Shown here piece by piece: positions 52,410-64,000 of a stretch of DNA of 64,000 bases. The notes beneath the pieces are model-generated. The model made no database searches and had not been told where the DNA came from. It worked only from the letters and a program-made list of their open reading frames with translations. The translations under genes and the position numbers were made by a program. Every line of letters starts with the position of its first letter. Position 1 is the stretch's first letter. Source of the stretch: Trichosphaerium sp. ATCC 40318 (Eukaryota; Protista; Tubulinea); the NCBI GenBank assembly GCA_038496445.1, contig JALMLS010000309.1, forward strand, positions 186,001-250,000, read 5' to 3'.

Positions 52410-54408
52410 CTACTTTTGTTTGTCGAAATAAAACGTCTTTGCGAGCGTCATTGTGACATTTACAAACATTAGTATTATCCCAACTATAGCTAACAATAAA
52501 GCGCCAGCTTTCTTAATTGTCCATGGGTGCTTCTCCTTTAGTTTGTAGTAAAAACCTCCAGGTAATATATAGCAAATAATAGTGCTCCCAGTTGATCCGA
52601 CAAGAGAAAAAACCTACAAAAAAAAACAAGTCAAAACAAATCCTTTTTTTTTTCTTTAAAAGTATTGATCACGTGATATTTAAAAGAGGTGATCTTTTGT
52701 GCGTACCAAGTCTATATTGGGAACACGCCATGCAATCAGCCATGTGAAAACGACAATAAAGGTAGTGATGATAACATGTCTTGTGCGACGCCAGCCAAAC
52801 TTTGGGAAGAAGTTTCCAAAGATTAAATTCTCTATACATGCACGAGCTGGATGTGCTTGTAAAGGATACGAGAATGTTACCAATACAACAACAGCTATCC
52901 TTGCTATTGTAACCGGTATTGTAACAGGATCTAAAAAGGAATCAGAGGTGCCCCTTACAGCAGGATAAAAAAAAAGATGAACTCAACGCACAAGATTTTA
53001 GAAAATTGGAATCTACAGTCTCTCCAAACGTAAAGTATCCCATGACACCAGCGCAAAGGTATACCATAAAACAAGTGTATGTAGAAGTCAAGATAACGAT
53101 CCACATTTGAGGGCCATTGGCACGTTTTCTTCCCAACTCATTGTATATTGTGAAAAGCTACCCAAAAAAGGTTACAAAAAAAAACCAAAGTTAATAATTT
53201 TTTAACGTACGTTTTGGTGGCACGTGAAGGCAAATGTAAATATAGGTATGGCTGAGAATGTGTCAACTGAAAAATCCCAGTATCGCCAAGTAGATATTCT
53301 AGGTTTTTCTATGGCTTCACGATCGGCAAAGTATCCAGTTACCATCGCAATCACATAAGCAACAGATACAAGAGCAAGAATACTTTGAAAAAAAAAAAAG
53401 TAAATAAGTCATCCAACTTTTACAGAACAGTGCGCTACCTCGTATACTTTAAAAAGTCCATCTTTGGTAGTAAGCTCAACGGTACAATGAACACACCCAA
53501 GAGTACAGTTATCCAAAAGAGTCTATCCACAAGAAAACCTTCGTCTACACTAAAAAAAAAAGATTAAAAAAATGTGTACTAACAATAGTATCCATATTCT
53601 AACTAAAAAAAGAAACAATCCTCACCCGAACTCTTCTACAGCAGCAGGCATCAAATCTCCAATGACAATTAAATATGCGATACCTAAGCCAATACTTAGT
53701 ATACCCTAATTAAAGAGCAAGCACGTGAAACAAGAAAATCCAAGTTGTTCAGCCTCTCATACCAACACCTATACATTTAATAGCAACAGCAGTGTCAATC
53801 AGAATAGCTCCCCAAGGAAAAGTCTAAACAATAAAGTTAGTTAGGTGACAAGCATCATTACTTGGTTCGGTAGACATACCATTTTGGCTACAGCAAAATA
53901 GCTGCTTTTGCCTCTAACCTCACGTGAGCACACTGCCAATAAGTGCAATCCAAAAATTGCAGCACCTCCAGCACTTACAAGTAGCACTAAGCCAAATACA
54001 ATGCCTGTAATCCCAATTGCGTAAGGTAAGCCTAAAAATCGAGTTTAAGCGTTAAAAACAATAAATAACCTCTGTACCGAGTACACCGGCGCCTAATATC
54101 GTATTTGTAAGGTTTATGTAGGAACTAATGACACTGGCATGTTTTTTATTGTCTACCTGTTCAACAGTGCCTAAAAACCGCCTAGTAAGCGCGTGATTGC
54201 TTTATCTCACGAATTCCGTGTTTAACTCGGGATAATACGTACCTAATAAGGCGTGGCCTTCTTTAGATAGTGTATTGTCTGCCTGATACGAGTCAGACGC
54301 TATATCACCGTCTAGTGGCACATGACCCGGGTTTTCGTCACTAACTATCAGTGCTACGTTGTGTTCATCCTCTTGTATACCTTCAATGCTAGCAGTAGAC
54401 GCCGTCAT
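52410..54408 (-). CDS. Amino-acid transporter, AAAP family (SLC38/Avt-like)
   Basis: NLTNTILGAGVLGLPYA, AIKCIGV, YLIVIGDLMP, IPIFTFAFTCHQN, GYFTFG, VTFSYPLQAHPAR, VGSTGST. Confidence 0.9.
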
Positions 54409-54726
54409 TTGCTGTGGAAAGTTCTCAATGAAAAGCAGTGACCAGAAGGCAAGAATATGATACTTCAACTTTATTTGTTGTACAGCACTCCAACAACTTT
54501 TAAGAGCACGTGCTCAAACGAAGACAGCTTAACGTTTGACTGACGCCGACCTTTGCGTTGAGATAACTGTCGGAAAACAGCCGTGAAAAAGGTGGTATTT
54601 CGGAGCATCTAACTTGGTTCTACAGATAAAGTGGTAACACTGGTTTTTTGACAAGATATGAAGTTCTTGGGGTTATGTATTTGACAATCTTTACTTTTTT
54701 TTTAATTGAATTCTTTTTTTTTTTAA

Positions 54727-57700
54727 TTATGCGTCTTCGTCACATTGTTCTTCTTGATCATCTTCTTGTTCTTCATTGTTCTCATCATTATCACCATATA
54801 CGTTTCGAAAGTCGTTCAATACTACACTCTCTTCGTTCAAAATCTCGCACACTTCTACGAGTCGCTTCTTTAATTGTGGTATTTGTCCCAAATTACTCTC
54901 TAGCTTTGATTTCTCATCCTTCAGTGACATGCGCACTTCAGCGTTATTCATCGGTGTGAATTGTACACCTCCTTGACCTACCAAACGTATCAACAATAGT
55001 TGCATCTTCAACTTCAAAACCAAACAAAGTACGTACCATCAAACTGTAGGAGGTAGTTGTGGAACTTCCAGAGTGAAGGACGATGTGTCACTGTCATGAG
55101 TGTGATACCTTCGTCAATGGCGTGTTGGTACATTTTACCTAAGTATTGATGTAAGCGCTTGAATGTAAGGAAATCTATGTGCAAACAGTAGTACCTTCAA
55201 CATCAATAGAGACAGCAGATGTGCACTCATCCAAAATAGCATATTTCGGTTTATGATAAAAAAGGCGTGCAACACCAACACGTTGCTTCTCTCCTCCTGA
55301 TAATACATCTTTCCAGTTTTTCTCAGAGTTCCATCCGCCTTCTCTAAAGAGAACCTGGTTAACCACCCGTTGTCAACATCAAAACACTTACCTCTCAACA
55401 ATATAGCGTAGGTTGACCCACTCGAGGATGTCCATCAAGTCACTACAATTGAGTTAATTGTTTGCCAATCTCAGATATATTTTTTTTTGGTACTTACGCA
55501 TCGTTGACGCCCTTTGCTTTCATCTCTTCGACAGAGTGTGGATAGATGATTTGGTCTCTAAGGGAGCCAAGGTACAAATATGGTCTTTGTGGAATGTAGA
55601 ACATCTCTTTTGGTGCAGGTCGAGTCATAGAGCCACTGTACACAGGCCATAGTCCACCCAAGATTCTGGAGAAAAAGGATTAGAACAAGGGTAAAAAATG
55701 GGAGTTTGGAGTACCTGAACAATGAGGACTTTCCGCATCCGTTTGGTCCAGTAATTAGCAAGTGCATACCAGGTTCGATTGTGCAGTTAAGAGCCTTAAC
55801 AAGGACATCACCATTTGGTGATACAATTGGCATATCCTTAAAATCAATCTTATCGGCAATAATGACCTATCGAGAATATATGAGTCACAGCAAGCAAGTA
55901 TTTATGGTTTTGATATTGATAATTATTTTAAGTCAGGGTTTGGATGATTTGATCTCACAGTCACTTCCGCAGCAAGCCGCAGTAGTGATTCAAACACGCA
56001 ATAGTAGTCATCATGTTATTAAACAAAAAAAGAGGCAGCCATTCAAGCAAATAGATGCCGCCAAGAGTTGAAAGATGTTTTGGTAAAAACAAAGAAAACT
56101 AGGTTGTTTTAATACCTTGCCACGTTTAGACATATCAATCTTAACGTTTGTGTTCACAGTCTTGACGTATGAGCCTTGGGATACACCCCTAGTAGCGAAA
56201 ATAAGTACAGTGGTTTGAACAAACGTTAAAGGTGATTGACATACTTGAACACTTCCAACATTTCGTATACACGTGAAGTGTATCCAGCCAACTCATTAAT
56301 ATCCTTAGCAGCAAGCATCATACGCTCAAGTGCTTCAGAAGCGCTATATCGGGTAAGTGGGAGAAAAATACAAGAGCTGGAGTTGCGTACCTGACGAGTA
56401 GTTTTCTGCTTGTGACGTAGTCTTGGGTTCTTGTCGATATTGTTTCATTGTCAGTCTGTGCTCTGTCTTTGTCAAAGAAGAAAGATGGGATGGCAATCAT
56501 AGATAGGCCAACAGCAGACCAGCAATATTTCATAATGAAGCCCTGTTTTTCAAGCATTAGTTTTTGTTTGAAACGAAAAGCTGTTTTAAATTGTCGAAGA
56601 TATCTATGCTTACCTCCATTGTGTTGTAGAGAATTCTCACTTTGTAAATTTCATTCATGTGCTTTACAAGGTTCAAGTAACCACGTTGTAGAATACCAAG
56701 TTCAGCGTAGTGGCCACCATAAAAGGCAATTTCTTCAGCGTTGGAAATGAGCCTGCAAATAAAATTTAAAAATTGATTCGAGGTTCATTAAAAAAGGTCG
56801 CTACCTGCTGTGTACAAAACGAAGAAGTCCTTCTAGTTTAGCTTGCTCTTTGACAAGTTTTCCAAAAGGAGGTTGCATCCATCTGAGGAATACACCCTTG
56901 TTTACAAGTTAATAATGTTTAAATTTTTTTTGTTTCTAAACGTACCGATAAGTACGTCATACCAAATCCAAATATTGTTGGTATGAGCGTAGAGCTCGTT
57001 CCAGTTTTAGCTGCAGCAAGAGAAAATAACTCATAGGACATGAGGGCAACATCTAATACTGGTTTTGACCTAAACACCGATTTAGTAATCCGATAAAAAA
57101 ATTAAAAGGTTGAATGAGTACAATTGACTGTGAAGATGAGCGAGGAAGGAACAGAATCGCGAAATATCCTCAGTTAAGCATTGATCGGCATTAGTCAAGC
57201 GAGAATCCAAGTTATCAACTCTAAAAAAAATGTCACGTGACCCGCAAAGGCAACAAAAAGATGGGAAAAAAAAAAAAAAAAAAGGTACCTGTAGTAAGTT
57301 TCATTCTTCATGTACAAACCGTATGAGTGCTCAACAAGTTTTGTACGGAATGCAATAGCTAGTTTGCTTTCCAAAAATTTAATCATAGCGTTAATATATG
57401 TAGCAGGTACAGCTACACCCAACCACCAACACATATTGATAACAAACTACAAAAAAGGTGAACAAGGAAAAAATCAGAAAAAAAAAAAACGTGTCTAGCC
57501 ACAGAAAAAGGAAAGAGGTTGTTCTAATCCACGTGGGTCAAAAAAGACTAATTATACACGTGATAGATGCGTAATTCAGCTTTTTTTTTAAAGTGCTAAG
57601 TTGTTGACTTGTTTCGGTAAATACCTGGTTCCCGTTTCTGTCAACAAGTGATTTTACAATTGATCCATCTAGTTTAGCGACCCATATGCTTAAAAATGTG

Positions 57701-58123
57701 CTAAAAAATTGTCAATTACTACACCACACGCCTAGGCGTAATTTTCAAGCGTAAATAATACGTACCGAGCAACCAAAAACGCTGTGTGAAGCACTAGTAG
57801 CATAAATTCTTTGGATTGAAAGCCAGGGATGACAATACGCAGCAAGAAGACTAGTTGTTTTCCAAACTCTGGATTGCGTCTAGACCTTTTTTTCTTTCTC
57901 CCATCGCCTACTGCAAGCTCTGAACCTGTTTTTTCCACTTTACGGCGTTTTGTGCCGTAGTAAATTAAGGCTACTAATGCGCCACCCAATAGAATCTTCT
58001 TAGGGTGTTTACTGACTACTTTAATTTAGAAATGAATCACAAAACGATGTCCTTACCTCCATGAGTCACAGAATATGATATAGTCTTTATCAAGTGTTGA
58101 AACGCCGTAGCTACAGAGCTCAT
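54727..58123 (-). CDS. Peroxisomal ABCD-family half transporter
   Basis: [75 protein letters not shown]. Confidence 0.93.
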
Positions 58124-58358
58124 GACGTAAAAAAAAAGACAACAACAGTTTCTGCTGGTTCTTCCTTTATTCCCTCTGTTTTACGATTTTTGTGCGTAAT
58201 CGCTGACTTCTACGTAAAATAGCACAGTTGGCAACTGAAGCACTGAAGTACACGATGGTCAGCTGGAGTCTTCGGCTCTTTTTTTTTTGAAACTGTTGTT
58301 TGCTGATTTCAGCTGTCACTTAGGACGCCAAACAATACTGTCATATGGTTTGAGTAGA

Positions 58359-61200
58359 ATGTTACGGTTCCAGGCTTGTCGGAGGGTCTTGTTCTCTCAA
58401 AAAACTACAACACGCGCAAAACAGCGGTAACCGTTACCTTTCGCTCTGATTGTTAAACTCCTGTAGAAATATAAGCGTATGGAGCCGCTCTGGGAGTAAT
58501 GCAATAAGAAATAACCGAAAGCGGGCAAGAGGCGTCCTAAGGCGTAGTATTGCGCCAGGATCCCTTCAACCTCATTTTCGTTCAGTTGGCATGCCAATTA
58601 CACAAAGGCGATATGACGCTACTTTCCTGTACATCAAGGCAAGCAATATGCGAAAGCTATCCTATGTTTAGTTGAAGCCAACATTGTTTTAAGATAGCAA
58701 TGGCTGTTCTGTCTACTGGTGGTGTTGCTATCGGTTACTATGTTCTTGAAGGCTTAAAAAGGCGCAAGTCTAGACAATACGCGGCAATAAGGTAAGCTAA
58801 AAATAAATTGAGCACGTGAGCTCACGCGCATGCACATTAATTTTCTTTCAAATTTTTGAAAAAGTTTAGATTAGGGTACCTTTTTTTCTGTTGACACGTG
58901 ATAGAGATATGTTGTATCATCCAGCAGAAATACATTTAAATACTCTACCTGGAAGTAGTGATGACTGGTTGGAAGTCGATCGCGGTAGTGAACTAAAGGT
59001 GAGTACAAGCTCGTTGTTAATGTTTTAGTTTCACCTGATTTCATTGTTTTTGCAGTCTATAGAGAGATACTTGAATAGTCAGCTTCCAGGTCCTACTGTA
59101 ATTATAGGTCCTTCAGGTTCAGGTAAAACTAACATGATAAAAAGGGTAAGCTAGAATATAACATTGTTTTACAAACACTTTGCGTTGTAGGTTCTAAATG
59201 GGCGCAAAATGACTCTTTATGTTGACTTTCGTAAAGATCCTGTACTTACAGGTTCGTCCTGTTTTTTTTTTCTCAAACTCACTCTGAACTCTTCTTTAGG
59301 TGAAGACTTCATGTATCTATTCGTTACTTCCTTGGTACTTGTTACATCAGTATTTTTTTTGCTTTTTCTAAGGGACATGCCTTTAGGGTTACTACATTCC
59401 CAGTCCTTCAGAAGTAATGCAACGTGTATTCAATTCACAAGGAACCAAAGGGCGTGAGTCACATACCACGTAATAAGGAAAATAGCTCACGTGATACGTT
59501 AAGGTATAACATCAGAGGATGCCGAAAAAGCATTACAATGTCTAATCGATGTGCTTCGAGATCAAAAAGCGCAGGGATGGAAAGATGGTGTACCACTTAT
59601 ATGCCTTGATGGTACACCCGTATAAAATCTTGTCTTTACCTTAATTACTATAGAGTATCATCGGGTACGACCACAAGACGGCAAAGAAGTTGATGTAAGA
59701 AATTCAAACAACCTTTTTTTGAACTAAAACAACTGTAGGCAGATGGATTTTTTCCAAAGGTATGCAGTTGGTGCATCACACTAGTTTATGTGTGTATAGT
59801 TTATGGATTGGATCGTATATGTTGCCGATGCCCGCCTTGCTAACATAGTGTTTGTGACAAGCTACGATAGCTCTAGGACTGATTTAGATACACGTGCGCA
59901 CTAATTTCTTGATACTGTGACTAAACATTATTAGACGCGGCGTTTATGGCACGACGAACACACGTGTTCATTGACTATCCACAAAAACAGAAAATAGAAC
60001 AACATCTACGGGCTGTTATTGATGCCGGCAACATGCAATCACTACCTCTGAAGGCTATAAATACAATTGTACAGTGCATAGGAGGTGACTTGGAAGATTT
60101 AGATAAACTCACAGCTGCATTACAACGAGGAGAAGATTGGTTATCTCAACTCAAGAGGTACCGATGGTTTTGTACTGTGGACAATCTTGAGTCTGTTTGT
60201 TTAATCCATGGTGATAGGATGGTAACTGATCAAATGAACTTTGTTGAAGAAAAACTTGAGCAAGTGTTGAATCCCGCTGCAATAAATGGCGGTAACGGTG
60301 ATAAAAAGCGCGTTTTTGAATGCTATCTTAGGCTTTGGAAGCTCATGGTATGATGCTAATGTTTTCTTTAATTTTGTTCCCGTGGCTGTACGCTCATACC
60401 TTGTACTAGGAACGGTTGCGTGATAGGGAACATATAAATAGACGTAAATTGATCATTGATATCTTTTTGGAATATGGTCGAGAACTCGATGATTATACAT
60501 CTCAAGGACTCATTTCTTATGTCAACCCAGCGCGTGGGCACCACCAAAATGCCAATCAACCCAATACTGAAATGGATGAGGATATTGTACGCACTACTAG
60601 CTTACCATACTATCAGGTAACCTAAACCGCTATGTAGGAGGGTGACAATGAACCCATTATACTTAATGAATCTATGGATGCCGTCATGGTATCAGCAGCA
60701 TCACCTTGCATGCGGTACTTAAACTTCAGTTCATTACAACATTAATACGTTGACTAGTATGGCATTTAAGACTCTCACAAATGATGCGAAAATGATTGCG
60801 AAAGCACAGTACATTCAAAATACTCTCGAGAAGATAGAGGTAATAAAAACCAACGAACACGTGATGTTAATCGACAATGTTAGTGCCAAGAGACTATTAC
60901 TTCTTTGGAGGAAAAAGAACGATACCTACACCAACTGAGAAAGGACTATGATGGTCAGCTATTGCAGTATGTTAAAAATAAAGACGTACTAAAAGAGGAA
61001 CTTGGAGAAGCCATTTATGAAGACAGAAAACAACAGGTGCTAAAGCTTTGTGATGACGTTGAACAAGAATGGAGGGTACATACAATACACTAGTTGTTCG
61101 TTTTGTTAAACTAAATATTCAACCTTAGGAGAACCTTGAAACTTTGACTAAAAATAGGAGAAAATTGGTAAAACTTGACAAAAACACAAATGTAATATAA
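58359..61200 (+). CDS. Mitochondrial Yme2/RNA12-like P-loop protein
   Basis: Arg-rich presequence MLRFQACRRVLFS; TM segment; IIGPSGSGKT; DWIVYVADARLANIVFVT; IGGDLEDLDKL...QRGE resembles the RNA12 domain. Divergent from the ABCD gene across about 235 bp. Confidence 0.65.
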
Positions 61201-61523
61201 AAAACTATGCTATCCTCTGTTGGTTTGTTTAACAATTCTCAGAAAAAAGCGCAACGGTTAGTTAGTTTTTGATGAAATCACGTGTTTTAGAGTCTTATTG
61301 ACAACCTTGTATAGAAAATAGCTCGTTTTGTAGTTAAACTCGACTTTAATCTAAAAGTTGTTCTATCCATCGCTCGTGCCTTTGGCTCATCGAACCGTGC
61401 AGTAGTGAATAGTTGAAGGACTACTTGTGCCACACAATACATTTCTTTATATTGCTAAGAATAAACCGTTTCCGTTCACAAGTGTGCAGTCCACCGCCTA
61501 AAATACCATTTCGCGAATAACAA

Positions 61524-63377
61524 ATGTGGCAACATCTCATTGTTTTTTTCTCAACTCTTTCTGTAATATCAGTTACACCTACAACGATACTCCCTCCCCT
61601 CATTGAGGCGGATACTGTTCTCAACGCTACTTACAGTCCGTACCTTTTTAATACATCCATCGCCAATGTAATAGCAACCCTCGAACTGGAGCCTGGCTCG
61701 GTTTTGTACACAAACGCCAACATTGTATTCAAGGGTAGTGGATACCTAAAAGCTCACGGTAACGCCACGCACTACGTTGAAATCATCGGAAATAATACAG
61801 GCAGAATATCGCTTGGCGATATTTCGAAGAAAAAACGAATAGACATGCAATATGGACAACTTTCGAACTTAGTCATTCAAACAAAAAGTACAAACCTCAA
61901 CAACGTACTTTGTGAAAACGTCAAAATTATAGTAAACGCAAACGTCACCTATAGCTTTATAGAGATGAGGGAATCATCAATCAATGCTATCCAAGAGAAC
62001 TCAACAACGTTTGAAGACAGTACATTTATTGACGTGGAACTTTACTTCAATGGCAATCCCTACATGATGACATATGCGTCCCTGTATTTAAAAAGATGTA
62101 AGTTCTTAGCAAACATTCCTTTTCCAAGACAAGGGTATTCACAAACTCCAATAAGCCTAGAAGAAAGTTCTTGGAACACAAAATATATCGATAATTCAAT
62201 TCAGTTCAGAAAAGTCATACAATCAACTATCGCTGTTAACAGCACTCACAACAGTATCAGTGCTATTACGTTGTTTCCTTACAACATGAGGTGTAGTACA
62301 TTCAACGTCACCAATACAGAAGTAATAATTGACTTATGTTCAGACAGTTTCCATTGTTTTGATAACTACAGAGGACTCTTGTTCCAAAACAATACTATTC
62401 ACGCTGATGCTCTTTCATCGATTAATGTAGATACGGCTCTCAATTTTAAGCCTATTCTTCGCGACAATACTATCTATTCATCTAATGTAACAATTAATAA
62501 TCTCTCCCCAGCGTTTATGTACAACAATGTTTTTTGGCCTACACGTGATGATACTAAGAATAACACAAAAACCAAGAGCTTTACAGCAGCACCATTAACA
62601 ACATGAATGTCATTTTGAAAGGGTCTATCAAGGAATCATCTCTACTATTCGGCACCATCGTTACTTTGATGGATTTTGATGATGTGGATATATCCAATAA
62701 TTATTGGGTACAACAAACTTTACAGCTATCAAATCAAGAGTCTGTGATGTACACTGTGACCTACAAAAGGCTTTGCTACAATCAAGCCAATACTATCAAC
62801 ATATCCACCACCTGTTTCAAATCCTACGTCATCCCCTTCTTTTGATCCCCCTTCTTCCCCTACTTTTGCTGCCCCTACAAAAATCCCAGTCCTCCACGTG
62901 CGGTGCCACCCAGTGCCCCAGTGCATTCACCAAGTACAAACACAACAGCACCAACGTTCAACACAACAGCACCCACGACACTGCCAACATACGCCGCGCC
63001 ATATTCTCCAGTACATAATTCTACGCCTACGAGTGCACCAGCAAAGAACCCAATAGCACGTACGTGTCAAAAAAAAAAGACGATGCCATTTTGGACAAAA
63101 CTAACACTTCACAGCGTCACAACCACCAGCGATTACACCTTCTATCTCGCCAACCACTGTACCAATTGTTAGTCCTGTCACGCCCACAACAAGAGTACCT
63201 TCGCTGAGTCCCTCAAAAGAGCCTACTGCGACAAAAAAGTCTGGCTATTCTGCTTTAGCTTTTGGCTTAGTAGGTGGCATACTATCTCTGATTATTGTAG
63301 TACTTGCTGTTATCATTGGAATACTTGTATTCAAGCTTAAACAAGGTAGACAAACAGTAGAGTATTCACGCATGTAG
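61524..63377 (+). CDS. Type I surface protein: parallel beta-helix-like ectodomain, Pro/Thr stalk, TM. Three apparent frameshifts as assembled
   Basis: Signal peptide, SPY...TLELEPG, NNYWGTT...RVCD motif, TM LAFGLVGGILSLIIVVLAVIIGILVF; introns 62519-62586 and 63060-63114. Confidence 0.7.
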
Positions 63378-63682
63378 ATGGGATTTCCTTATAGTTACAT
63401 TGTTTAATAAAGTACTATTACACCTCCTAATTTCGGTTAAAACGGCATATCTTTTACATAGATCAACTCTTTGATACATCGACCAAAAAAGCCTTAAAAT
63501 GTAACTATTTCGTGGATGACATGTATCGGGAATGACAACTATAAGAAGCACGTTGTTCGCCATTAAATTTACAAGTGCTTACAGTTAACAGATGCATCAT
63601 CAAAGGCGCTGAGTGCTGTATTAAACAGCTTGTTGTTGTTTTTATTAATCTTAACACAACTTTAGTACAAAGCCACATTTAA

Positions 63683-64000
63683 TTAGGCAGATAGCTCTTT
63701 TATAGATGTATGAATTGCATCAGCATTGAAGGAAGAACCATCGTCAACTCCTGAGAATAATAGTTAAGGGTAAAAAAGTTGAGTTTAATGATTCAAAAAC
63801 TAATTTGACTGAGTCACTGACATACCGCTATCCGTTGCTTTAAATACTCTAACAGGTTAGCACCAAGACTAATACCAACTTTGATAGCAGAGGCGTGGAG
63901 AAAAGCGATTATAGCGGTTCTTTGTGCGACCCAACTTCCAGTCCAGTTTTTGTTCAGCTTCACAAAAAATCCAATGTTTAGCTTCTCAAGACAATCCGCA
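63683..64000 (-). CDS. 3' end of an unknown spliced gene running off the window
   Basis: Open frame ...LLEYLKQRIA|GVDDGSSFNADAIHTSIKELSA* with a GT-AG intron. Confidence 0.45.

Overview
AT-rich eukaryotic nuclear DNA, most likely from a bacterivorous protist (the taxon cannot be fixed from sequence alone). It is gene-dense, with many introns of mostly 45-80 nt (donor GTACG/GTAAG/GTATG, CTAAC-like branch point), so the ORF track fragments most genes. I spliced them by eye and exon boundaries are approximate. Conserved intron-rich genes: DHX16/Prp2 helicase, two EF-hand proteins, an AAAP amino-acid transporter, a peroxisomal ABCD transporter and a Yme2/RNA12-like ATPase. The 1-27 kb and 38-41 kb regions form a fast-evolving compartment shaped by inverted and direct duplications. 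It is packed with non-canonical SCF/ubiquitin parts: F-box-LRR, four F-box-MORN(YwqK-like) genes (one an in-frame chimera), an F-box fused to a NuiA-like nuclease-inhibitor fold, an F-box fused to a catalytically dead E2, two Skp1/BTB-like paralogs and a non-conjugatable ubiquitin variant. My best candidate for an undescribed system is this cluster, read as SCF adaptors that use bacterial immunity-protein folds as bait. Also notable: a kinase-less Roco protein (pseudo-Ras, Roc, COR, PARP-type ART, receiver-like), a single secreted M15 peptidase-PGBD-GH24 lysozyme fusion, at least seven frame-required GC-AG introns, and strong over-representation of CACGTG. Domain calls are by motif recognition, not database search. 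I saw no rRNA, tRNA, CRISPR array or transposase.
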